A stretch of DNA of 64,000 nucleotides from Candidatus Bathyarchaeota archaeon. Its GTDB lineage: Archaea; Thermoproteota; Bathyarchaeia; Bathyarchaeales; Bathycorpusculaceae. A program made the position numbers and the translations under genes. The stretch spans positions 32,001 through 96,000 of the forward strand of contig CAWHXY010000008.1 in assembly GCA_963833575.1 (NCBI GenBank), read 5' to 3'. The notes beneath the pieces were generated by a model, which had not been told where the DNA came from, did not search any database, and was given only the letters and a program-made list of their open reading frames with translations. Positions 52,660-62,700 of the stretch are shown one piece after another (position 1 is the first letter of the stretch; each line of letters opens with the position of its first letter).

Positions 52660-53664
52660 ATGGGAAAAATTCGGGTATTCATTAGTTCTTCTTTAACTGA
52701 ACTTGAAAGCGAAAGGGAAATCGCTCAAGAGACTATTGCTCAACTAAACTTAGAGCCTGTAATGTTTGAAAGTCTTCCTGCAATGGACAAAACATTGGAA
52801 AACGCATATGTAGATGCAATAAAGGAAGCTCATATCTTTGTTTTAATTCTTTGGAAGGACCTGACAGAAGCGGTTGAAAGAGAATATAATGTAGCTAATG
52901 AATATGGGATCCCAATTCTAATGATAGTTAAAATTCCAACTTTCAGGGAAGCAAGAACTCAACGACTTGAAAATCTAATAAATATCGCGGCAAACCAGAA
53001 TCTACAGAGTAATAATCACATTGTTCCATTTCGCAAGAACTTTCGAACGCTTAGTCAACTTGAGAACGTGTTAAAAGAAGGAGTAATGAAACTTGTTTCT
53101 GACAGATTCACAGAACCAGTTTTAACAACAACTAACGTCGATCTAATCTTGGAGACTAATCTAAATATGGTCCAAAACGCTAGAAGAAGACTTCTTGTAG
53201 TTGCTAAAACACCAATACTTCTTTTTGGGCCGCGACCGTATAATTCACCGCACAAAAACTTTGCGAAAAACAAGTTCTATGACGCCTTAATTGCTTGGAT
53301 AGAGAATATGAAAAAAGATGAAAACAAAAAAATGCTCTATCTATATTCTGTTGAAGATACCTATAATGAAATGAAAGAAAACCAGCTTGAACAGTTTGTA
53401 AAAGTTAACGTAGAAAAATACAAGAAAATTGAAGAAGAAACAAACGGACGATTTGAACTCGGATCAATCCAAGAATTTCCAGGTCGCATATGTATTAGTG
53501 ACAATAATTTTGGAATATCATTTAGAGCGCCAAAAGGAAAAGTTGTTTATGTTAATCGTCAAGATGCAAGTTTTTCCTCAAATCTCTTTCAAGCTCTCCG
53601 TGATTGCCGAGGCTCTTCTGAAGCAACCTTGACTAATTTATTAAAGGAACTAAAACTGCAATAG
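52660..53664 (+). CDS. DUF4062 (TIR-like) domain protein with uncharacterised C-terminal domain
   Basis: RVFISSSLTELESERE and AVEREYNVANEYGIPIL motifs. Confidence 0.82.
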   Translation: MGKIRVFISSSLTELESEREIAQETIAQLNLEPVMFESLPAMDKTLENAYVDAIKEAHIFVLILWKDLTEAVEREYNVANEYGIPILMIVKIPTFREARTQRLENLINIAANQNLQSNNHIVPFRKNFRTLSQLENVLKEGVMKLVSDRFTEPVLTTTNVDLILETNLNMVQNARRRLLVVAKTPILLFGPRPYNSPHKNFAKNKFYDALIAWIENMKKDENKKMLYLYSVEDTYNEMKENQLEQFVKVNVEKYKKIEEETNGRFELGSIQEFPGRICISDNNFGISFRAPKGKVVYVNRQDASFSSNLFQALRDCRGSSEATLTNLLKELKLQ

Positions 53665-53901
53665 CGCACGCTATGTCTAGATGAGACAAACGATGGTTGA
53701 AAGAGTAGTTGCTTCTTTCTAAATTCAAAAGAACCTGCTGGTCGAATCCTTAATCAAGAAAGATTTAGATCGTAAAATTACATATAACTAAGCAATCGGT
53801 TGCATTGGCTTTCACTATTATAAAGTTTGTTGCAGAAAAATTAATGAAGATATTTATTGCAGCGTCGCGAGCTACTGGTAGATGAGGAGAGGGAGTGCTG
53901 G

Positions 53902-56900
53902 ATGAGTAAAATTAGGAGATTAATAGCTAAAGCTATGGTATTACTTTTTATTGCGTTGTTTATTTTTCCAATGCTAAATTCTTCCGTAACTGTACATGCA
54001 GCAGAGAATTACCAATACGTAACACAATGGGGCAGTTATGGGTCTGGACCCGGCCAATTCAATGAACCTCTTGGTGTTGCTGTAGACAGTTCAGGAAACG
54101 TCTACGTGGCAGATTGGGGATCTAATAATCGTGTTCAGAAGTTTACTAGTAACGGGGGGTTCATTCTATCGTGGGGAGGCACTGGGTCAGGTAATGGCCA
54201 ATTCAACAATCCTGGTCAGATTGCTGTTGACAGTTCAGGAAACGTCTACGTAGCTGATGCTGCTAATAATCGTGTTCAGAAATTCACTAGCAATGGCGCA
54301 TTCGTTTCATCGTTGGGAGGTTTCTTTAATCCTATCGGAATCGCTGTTGACAGTTCAGGAAACGTCTATGTTCTTGACTCATATAATGATCGGGTGGTAA
54401 AGTTTACTGGCAACGGTGTGTTAATTACATCATGGGGGACCTCTAGTGCAGGTTGGTGCGATGCTGTTGACAGTTCAGGAAACGTCTACGTAGTTGAGCC
54501 TTACATTAATCTTGTTGAAAAGTTCACTAGCACGGGTGTGTTCATTACATCATGGGGAGGCGGTGGTTCAGGTAATGGTCAATTCAGCAATCCGACTGGA
54601 ATTGCTACGGATAGTCAAGATAACGTCTACGTAACTGATACCTACAACCATCGAGTACAAAAGTTTACTAGTAGTGGCGTTTTCATTACTCAATGGAGCA
54701 TTGCAGGCTCTGGTTGGGGTGTTGCTGTTGACAGTTCAGGAAACGTCTACGTAACAGACTATAGCAATATTTGTGTACAAAAGTTCTCTATGCAAGGTAA
54801 CCCGAATCCTGCTCCGGCTGTAGCTTGGAGCCAAACTTACAACGGAATCAGTCTAAATGGTGCAAATTCGGTGGTTCAAACTAATGATGGTGGTTATGCT
54901 TTAACCGGCTCAGCAGACGTTGCAAACAATATTAGTACTACAATCTGGAAACCGTGGCTTATTAAGACGGACTCTAACGGCATGATGCTTTGGAACCAAA
55001 CCTACACCGAAGGGCTTGATTACATTGAACCATATTCACTAGCTAAAACTTCAGATGGCGGATATATGATACTTTGTGGTACAAATACTAATGTTGGCAA
55101 CCCTTGTTACAGGTTGATTAAAACTGATTCAAATGGCAATATGCTTTGGAATAAAACCTATGCAGTAAATCAGTTCGATGCGTTGGGTTCTGTCATCCAG
55201 ACGACTGACGGAGGATATGCCTTTATAGGAACAATGAGTCAACTTGGAAATTCAAATTCATACGCTATGCTTATCAAAACCGATTCCCAGGGCAACATGC
55301 TTTGGAATAAAACATACGGAGGTTTGTATTCCAATGAAGCAGATTCTTTTGTGCAAAACATTGATGGCGGTTACACGATAACAGGGGCTTCAAGTCCATC
55401 TGGAAATAATGAAGCTTGGCTTTTCAGAACTGATTTGAACGGAAATATTTTATGGAGCAAAACGTACGGAATGGGTTTGGATGCATCTTCAAACAGGCTC
55501 ATCTTGACAAGTGATGGTGGTTATGCTTTTGGGGGAACCACAGGCCCTAACTACTTTGGTACTCTTTGGAAGACAGATGCGAATGGAAATCAACAATGGA
55601 ACCAAACATATGTTGGAGCAAACTACTATGGAGTATTTTCTCTTTGTCAAACCAAAGATGGAGGATTTGCACTTATGGGTAGTCCAGGAAACGGTACAGC
55701 CCTTAATCTTCTTGTCAGAACAGACTCTTCTGGCAAAATGTTATGGGATCAATCATATTCTCAATACCTCTCAAACGCCCAGATTAACGCAATGATACTG
55801 ACAAATGATGGATGTTATGCTTTTGCAGGTTCAGTTGTGGATAATTCTGGCAACTCTAGTCCTTTCTTAATGAAGACAGATCCAGAACAAAACACTTCTA
55901 CTACACAAGTTTTACAAATAGGGAATCTGGTTGTAGGAAATCCTGCAAATTCGACTTGGAACTGCAAAGTAACTGACAACGCTACAGGAAATGTAATAAG
56001 CGAATTCACTCTTCCAGCTGCAGGAACAAGCGGTAGCTACACAAACACTGTCCAGTTAAGCAATGGCGGAAGTTACATCGTTTTTGAAGAACCACAACTC
56101 GGTTACCATACAAGTATGCAAATTAATGCCTCACAGGTTGATAGTTTTCAATTCACCGTCAATGTAAACGCAGGTGACAGTCTACAAGTCCTCTTTAATA
56201 ATACTGCCTTGGCTCCTGGATCGTTAGAATTGCCTCCGCCAAGTAGTATGAACTTTTCTATACCTCCTTTAACTCTAATTCCGATCCAAGCCGCATGGAA
56301 CCCAGACGCAAACAACGACGGTACGCTCGATCTCGTAGTCAACAAAACAATGGCGATAATCATCAACTTCACGGTACCAGTTAACCCAACTGATATAGTC
56401 AATCTCTCCGTTAAGTTTGATCAACAAGTATTCACAAAAACAGTTTACGGAGCAATTTTACAGGCAGATTCAATTATTCCTTTTTGCCCAATAACGCCAA
56501 AAAATCTTGGGAACAAAGCCCTCAACGGCACATATCAAATCAACAGTGCTTCTCCAATTAATTTTCCATCCTTGACCGTTAAGGTAAGACAAACTACCGA
56601 TTTACCTTTGGTCTATGGCTACTTTACAAGAAGCAACTACGGAACAGTATCGCAAACAGAATATTCACAAATGGCAAACACTTCAACTGTTTTCATAAAA
56701 GCAACATACCCGGTTACGAACGTTCCCGTCAATGAGAGTTATATCGGTTTAGCAGGCAACTCAAACAGTGGCGGTGGTTATTCTGGTGCAACAAAGGATC
56801 TATCGCTAGTCTTGGGTCCATACGCCAAATCCCATATGGGCCAATACACTAACGCCATTGGCATCGCAATTGAACCTGCTAGCTACTTCACCTACAATGG

Positions 56901-59160
56901 ATTAACGGGCGGTGCTGGATGGACTCCTAATCAAAATACCAAGGCTAGTTTGGTACTGGATGGCGGCTATACTGAAGCAGCTCATGAAGTAGGGCACTCG
57001 TTCGGATTATACATCGGAGCTGTTCCAGAGTACTACCTAATACCAGGTCTTGCTGGAACAAATGTCAGCGGGGTTTACCCTGACATTGATCAGTGGAGAA
57101 CAGGTCTGGACATCATGGATAGATCTAGTCAATCTGGAAACAATTGGGCAAGCACTGGCACATACAATCAATTGTTTAATTGGACCCGAGGAAACTTCAC
57201 TGACCCAGACATTCTCATAGCTAGCGGCATAATTTACAAGAACGGTACCGTTGACCTTTCCACTAGTTGGCTCGAAGTATCCCAAGGCATCCCAGACATT
57301 ATAGCACCTGGCAACTATTCACTTCAATTTTTAGCTGCCAATGGGACAGTTCTGGGTTCAATCACCTTTGACGCTCAAAGTCCTTTGAATTATGACGGTG
57401 CACCTTTCTGTTTTGCAACTGTTTATCCAAAAGGCACAAGCTACGTTAATGTTCTAAATACGGCTAATCAGGCCGCTCCACCAAAAACTCTTGCAACGGT
57501 TCAAGCAGAAGATATCGTAAAGCTAAACAACAGCGTCACGTTCGCTGAAACCGGATTACCCTTGGGCACCTCTTGGAGCGTGACTCTTGGTAGTAAAACT
57601 CTTTCCTCAACGAATTCTACTATCGCATTCACAGGTCTTGCTTATGGTAATTATGATTGGAATTCATCGACTGAAATTTCTGGTGGCGCTGGAATTAGAT
57701 ATGACGCTTCAGTTGCGTCGGGAACAATTGACGTGGAAGGCAATGTTTCCTCGACCATTGCTTACATTACCCAATATCAAGTATCCTTAGCAGTTGACCC
57801 TTCAGGTGCAGGAAGTGCTAATCCAGCCAGCGCCAACTACTATAATGTAGGTACTCAGATTCCAATTTCAGCAGCAGCCAATGATCAATATCAGTTTTTA
57901 GATTGGAGCTCAAATAGCCCATCCATAGTTTTAGCGAATGTCGCTTCGCCATCAACTTCAGCAACTATCAACGGCCCTGGCACAGTTACCTGCGCATTTG
58001 CTTCCACCATCGGCAACAGCGTGGCTTTTGCCGAAACAGGGTTGCCCTCTGGAAAACCTTGGAATGTTACTTTAGGAGGTCAGACGTTGTCTTCCACAAC
58101 TGGCGCGATCGTGTTCACTAATCTGGCTTCGGGAAGCTACAGTTGGAGCACGCCATCTATAATTTCTGGAAGTACAGGAACAAGATATGCAGCTTCAATC
58201 ACGTCAGGAACGTTAAACGTGGCGGGACAAACATCAACTAGCATTACATACACTACTCAATACCAAGTATCTTTCACAATGAACACAGTGGGGTCAGGCG
58301 TAATCAACCCAGCAACAGTCACCTTCTTTGATTCTGGTTCCAAAATCTCAATTTCCGCAACCCCAAAACCAGGCTTCACACTCTACATATGGTCTTCAAA
58401 CACACCTTCAATAACATTCACCAACAGCTCAGCAGCAACCACAACCGCAACCATAACCGGACCCGGCACTGTCACCGCCAACTTTGCCCTACTCGTCGGA
58501 GGTAACAAGCAGATCACCCTTACCGGAAGCAATAATGCGGTAATTATAACCGGCGGAAGTAACCAGATTAACGCGGTACAAGCCTCAGCTACAACTATTG
58601 TCAAAACCGGAGCAGGAAACAACATCATCAACTTAGGCAACGGCAATAATAAGGTGATAGAAACTGCAGATGGCAATGACATAATTTCAACGGGCAACGG
58701 CGACAATGTCCTATCTATTCTGGGAAACGGCAACAACCAAATCACAACAGGTAGCGGAAACGACGTCATCCAAATAACCGGAAACGGAAACAACATCATT
58801 AAAGCAGGTGACGGCGACAATCAAGTCACGGTTAAAGGCTATGGCAACAACCAAATTACAGCTGGGTCTGGAAGTGATGTCATTGTTGCAGGTGATGGAA
58901 ACAACATTATCAAAGCTGGTGATGGCAACAACAAAGTGACACTAGGAAAAGGCAATAACCTGGTCACAACTGGAACAGGTGGCGACGAAGTGACAGTTGG
59001 AAACGGAAACAACAACATTCAAACTGGAGCCGGAGATGATACCATCACCGTTGGCAAAGGCAACAACTACGTCGATGGAGGCGCTGATTACGACATCTGT
59101 TTGCACGGTACAGGGAATAACACGATACTGAACTGCGAAAAAGGAGTAATAGCAAAGTAA
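53902..59160 (+). CDS. Giant secreted protein: NHL propeller, second propeller, zinc metalloprotease, thermopsin-like repeats and RTX-like Gly/Asn repeats
   Basis: Signal peptide; FNxPxGIAVDSSGNVYV repeats; GGY..KTDSNGNMLWNKTY repeats; AAHEVGHSFG; VTFAETGLP repeats; GxGND/NxIxx C-terminal repeats. ORF is open from 53857. Confidence 0.85.
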   Translation: MSKIRRLIAKAMVLLFIALFIFPMLNSSVTVHAAENYQYVTQWGSYGSGPGQFNEPLGVAVDSSGNVYVADWGSNNRVQKFTSNGGFILSWGGTGSGNGQFNNPGQIAVDSSGNVYVADAANNRVQKFTSNGAFVSSLGGFFNPIGIAVDSSGNVYVLDSYNDRVVKFTGNGVLITSWGTSSAGWCDAVDSSGNVYVVEPYINLVEKFTSTGVFITSWGGGGSGNGQFSNPTGIATDSQDNVYVTDTYNHRVQKFTSSGVFITQWSIAGSGWGVAVDSSGNVYVTDYSNICVQKFSMQGNPNPAPAVAWSQTYNGISLNGANSVVQTNDGGYALTGSADVANNISTTIWKPWLIKTDSNGMMLWNQTYTEGLDYIEPYSLAKTSDGGYMILCGTNTNVGNPCYRLIKTDSNGNMLWNKTYAVNQFDALGSVIQTTDGGYAFIGTMSQLGNSNSYAMLIKTDSQGNMLWNKTYGGLYSNEADSFVQNIDGGYTITGASSPSGNNEAWLFRTDLNGNILWSKTYGMGLDASSNRLILTSDGGYAFGGTTGPNYFGTLWKTDANGNQQWNQTYVGANYYGVFSLCQTKDGGFALMGSPGNGTALNLLVRTDSSGKMLWDQSYSQYLSNAQINAMILTNDGCYAFAGSVVDNSGNSSPFLMKTDPEQNTSTTQVLQIGNLVVGNPANSTWNCKVTDNATGNVISEFTLPAAGTSGSYTNTVQLSNGGSYIVFEEPQLGYHTSMQINASQVDSFQFTVNVNAGDSLQVLFNNTALAPGSLELPPPSSMNFSIPPLTLIPIQAAWNPDANNDGTLDLVVNKTMAIIINFTVPVNPTDIVNLSVKFDQQVFTKTVYGAILQADSIIPFCPITPKNLGNKALNGTYQINSASPINFPSLTVKVRQTTDLPLVYGYFTRSNYGTVSQTEYSQMANTSTVFIKATYPVTNVPVNESYIGLAGNSNSGGGYSGATKDLSLVLGPYAKSHMGQYTNAIGIAIEPASYFTYNGLTGGAGWTPNQNTKASLVLDGGYTEAAHEVGHSFGLYIGAVPEYYLIPGLAGTNVSGVYPDIDQWRTGLDIMDRSSQSGNNWASTGTYNQLFNWTRGNFTDPDILIASGIIYKNGTVDLSTSWLEVSQGIPDIIAPGNYSLQFLAANGTVLGSITFDAQSPLNYDGAPFCFATVYPKGTSYVNVLNTANQAAPPKTLATVQAEDIVKLNNSVTFAETGLPLGTSWSVTLGSKTLSSTNSTIAFTGLAYGNYDWNSSTEISGGAGIRYDASVASGTIDVEGNVSSTIAYITQYQVSLAVDPSGAGSANPASANYYNVGTQIPISAAANDQYQFLDWSSNSPSIVLANVASPSTSATINGPGTVTCAFASTIGNSVAFAETGLPSGKPWNVTLGGQTLSSTTGAIVFTNLASGSYSWSTPSIISGSTGTRYAASITSGTLNVAGQTSTSITYTTQYQVSFTMNTVGSGVINPATVTFFDSGSKISISATPKPGFTLYIWSSNTPSITFTNSSAATTTATITGPGTVTANFALLVGGNKQITLTGSNNAVIITGGSNQINAVQASATTIVKTGAGNNIINLGNGNNKVIETADGNDIISTGNGDNVLSILGNGNNQITTGSGNDVIQITGNGNNIIKAGDGDNQVTVKGYGNNQITAGSGSDVIVAGDGNNIIKAGDGNNKVTLGKGNNLVTTGTGGDEVTVGNGNNNIQTGAGDDTITVGKGNNYVDGGADYDICLHGTGNNTILNCEKGVIAK

Positions 59161-59205
59161 CAGGCGTTCAATTTTTCAAACATGAATTTGGAGGTGAAAA
59201 TAGAA

Positions 59206-59628
59206 ATGAAAAGAAATATGATCATAATTGGAACAACCCTCATATTGATATCAATGCTGGCTTCCATAGCCCTGGCAGCGGCGTCAAACGTCTACTACCC
59301 CGACTTGCAGATTCAACTAAAAGGAGTAATCTGGACCATACCTACTGATATTAACCTAGATGGCAAGCCCGATTTTAACAGTTACCTATTGATAAGAAGC
59401 TCCGTTGTGGCTACTGTTTTCGTCGACACAAACAATGACGGACTGATTGACACTACCGTTGTTGTCCATCCGCTTGTAATCCTAATAGATAAGAATGACA
59501 TCTACCTCGTTTTCTGCCCAAGCAGTCTTCCAACAGGCGTGGCGCTCAAGACTTTGGTGACAGCAAACCTCCAAGGTGGAGACTCAATCGTCGCAACAGG
59601 TCCAGGATTCACATATCGAATCAAATAG
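59206..59628 (+). CDS. Small secreted protein with two DxNxDG Ca-binding-like motifs
   Basis: Signal peptide, DINLDGKPD and DTNNDGLID; GGAGGTGA upstream of ATG 59206. Confidence 0.65.
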   Translation: MKRNMIIIGTTLILISMLASIALAAASNVYYPDLQIQLKGVIWTIPTDINLDGKPDFNSYLLIRSSVVATVFVDTNNDGLIDTTVVVHPLVILIDKNDIYLVFCPSSLPTGVALKTLVTANLQGGDSIVATGPGFTYRIK

Positions 59629-59706
59629 CATATTGGAGCTATCTTTGCTCCCCATTCCTGTTTTTTGGAGCAACTTCTGAAACATTTTATTAACAGTCTC
59701 ATATAA

Positions 59707-62700
59707 TTGGATTCGTTAAGTCACACTGTATCAGGAAAAGGATTGTTTATGGGCACTATTCGCGCAGAAAAGGAATACAAGTGGCTGGAAGCAGCGAAAG
59801 CTCATGAACAAAAGGCAAAAACAGAAACAAACAAAAATGTCGCCGCAGAATCTTTTAAAAAAATAGGATTCTGGTACAGTTTAGCCTCAAGGCAAGCTCA
59901 CAGCCCAGAGGAATTCAAGAAACTTAGGAAACTATCAATCGAAGCTTACGAAACGGCCGCCAAACTTTTTCGTGAGAGTACAGCTACAGAAAAAGAAGGA
60001 AGAAGCGCAGATTGTCTAGTAATGGCCGACTACACGAGATCGTGGCTCGCTCCTAACTCTGTTCAGAAATGCGAAATAATTCACAAATGTATCTCCAATG
60101 GGCAAAATGCTTTAGAAGCGTTCAAAAAGATAACCGAGAATTTGAACTACGCCAGAACATGCAACCTTCTAGCCCAGTGCATGTTTGACTTAGTTTCTAT
60201 TACTTCTCAAACAGAAGAAAAACTCGAAGTTGCCAAAAAAGGATTACTTTACGTAATGGATGCAGTCTCAGTTTTGTCTAATTTTGACGAAAAAGGTGAG
60301 TTGATCACTTCCTTCTCCTTGGCTAGTCTTCTCAGTTGGCACATTGCAAACCTTAGCGATCAGGAAGAGGAGAGAAAAGATTTAACGAAGAAATGTTTGA
60401 GTTATGCAACTGATGCTGCAACTCTTGCGAACCAGACAGTTAACCCTTATTCTTGCATCATGTCTTTATGGGCAAAAGCGTTGTCTTCTTTCTATTTCGG
60501 AGAAAAAACCCAGGATTCCTCAAAATATACGCAAAAAATGTTCAAGCTAAGCTCAATCATTGAAGACAATTACTTCAAGGGTGTCGCGTGCTATCTGGAG
60601 GCTTACATTAAAAATTGGAGCGTCGAGGAAGAAGAAGACATTGATAAGAAAAAGAAAGCTTACAACGAAATTATTACCTCTTCAGAAGCAGCAATACAAT
60701 ACTACCAATTGGTCTGTCAGGATTCGGATATCGCAGAAGCCTATTTGTTTTATGCAGAAAGCTACTTATCGTTGGCAAACGAAATCGCCATCTCCATAAA
60801 AGATAAAAAAGATTTTTCCGAAAAATCTGTTAGGATTGGAGAGGAAGGGTTGAAGTTTGCCGTTAGTTCCGGGTCAGTTGATGCAATGCTTTCTACCGTT
60901 CACGCCCTTAGCAAAGCTTATCATTATCGTTCTAAACTCGAACCCGGAATCGATAAGAAACTTGAACTGTTGAAAAACGCTTTAGGCTACAGAGAAGAAA
61001 GCCTAAGGATTGGAGAACAAGCTTTTTCGTCCAACTTCTGGATTTTAGGCGTTGCCATGATCTATGAAGCATTAATAAAAGTGGACTTGGCCAAACTTGA
61101 AGAAAATCAAATCACCAAAGCCACCTACTTAAAAGAAGCAGTTAGAGATATGGAAAGCGGCGTATCTTACAGTAACAAATGGCTCAAAACCTGCTCCGTA
61201 CCCTCACTTGTAACAGTCGCAGCAAACTATGAAGATAGGTTCGGGGGAATGCTTGCTGAACAATACCAACAAACTTGCCAAAAAGAGGATCTGGTCAACG
61301 CAAACAAAACCTACAGCGAAGCCGCAACAAAGTTCAAAGAAGTTGATTTACCCAGTCGAGTAGCAGAATCCTATTGGAAAATTGCTATAAACCTCGATCT
61401 ATTAAGCGAGAACGCTCAAGCTGCGGAGAACTTTGAGAAAGCCTTTTCCTGGTACAAAACAGCGGCTCGAAAAATCGACCAGTTCAACGACTTCTATATC
61501 GATTATGCGTCCTATATGAAAGCATGGAGCGAAATCGAAAATGCCAAATATGCACATAACAATGATAAATACTCAATCGCTGCGAGCCATTATCAAGAAA
61601 CTTCCAATCTTCTCAAACAATCGAAATCCTGGAACTACTTGTCTTCAAACTTTCTTGCTTGGTCACTTCTGGAGCAAGCGGAAGACCTAAGCAGAAAAGA
61701 CAATTGCCGAGAATCTATAATAGCATTCAAGAAATCTGTAGAAACCTTTCGAGAATCCGCGCGAATCTTGCATAATGAATTGGGCAGAATCAACAAGGTT
61801 GATGAACAAAATCTAGTCAAGAGACTAATACACGCATCAAACAATAGGGTCGAATATAGTAATGGAAGAATCGCAATTGAAGAAGCGATAATTTCTGACA
61901 AGCAAGGCGACCACGACAATAGCTCCCGAAAATATGAATCTGCAGCAGAAATCTTTAGAAAAATTGTCCAGATCGATCCGCAGCAAACGGGAAAAGAAGC
62001 TGAACCACTCTTCTATCTCTGCCAAGCATGGCAAAAAATGACTTTGGCGGAGGCCAGGAGCTCTCCCATATTGTACGAGGAAGCAGCAGACCTATTCAAG
62101 CTTGCAAACAAATTCTCGACCAAAGAATCAACTAGCCTATTAGCGTTGGGACACAGCAACTTTTGCAAAGCAATGGAAGCCGGAGCAGAATTTGAAATGA
62201 CAAGAAGCACAACCATGTACGAACAAACAACTAAACATATGAGTTCAGCAGCTAACTATTATCTACGCGCTGGTTTTGAATCGGCCTCGGATTTCACAAA
62301 AGCCACTCAACGCTTATTCGACGCATACGTATTCATGGACACGGCTAAACGTGAAAAAGACCCGCAGAGAGAAGCAAAGTACTATTTGATGGCGGAAAAA
62401 GTGTTGCAAATATCTGCTGAATGTTTTACTAAAGCAGGGCACATTGAAAAAAATGATCAAGTCCAACGTCTACTTAGGAAAGTCAGAGATGAGAAGGAAA
62501 TAGTACTTTCCTTGAATGAAATCTTTAATGCTTCAAGTATTGCGTCGTCAACAGCGAGTTTCGCGACTATAGGACCAAACGAGGAAGAGGCGGTTGGTTT
62601 AGAAAGGTTCGAGCATGGAGACATACAAGCAAAGTTAGATCAAAAAGAAATTGAAACTAACTTGGAAAGTGCCATAAGTCTTGAATTAAAGATTGTAAAC

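Noticed and set aside
48637-53664. Canonical Pycsar, CBASS or Thoeris system
   Set aside because: No PycC cyclase, CD-NTase or SIR2/Macro ThsA; the components match these systems only partially.
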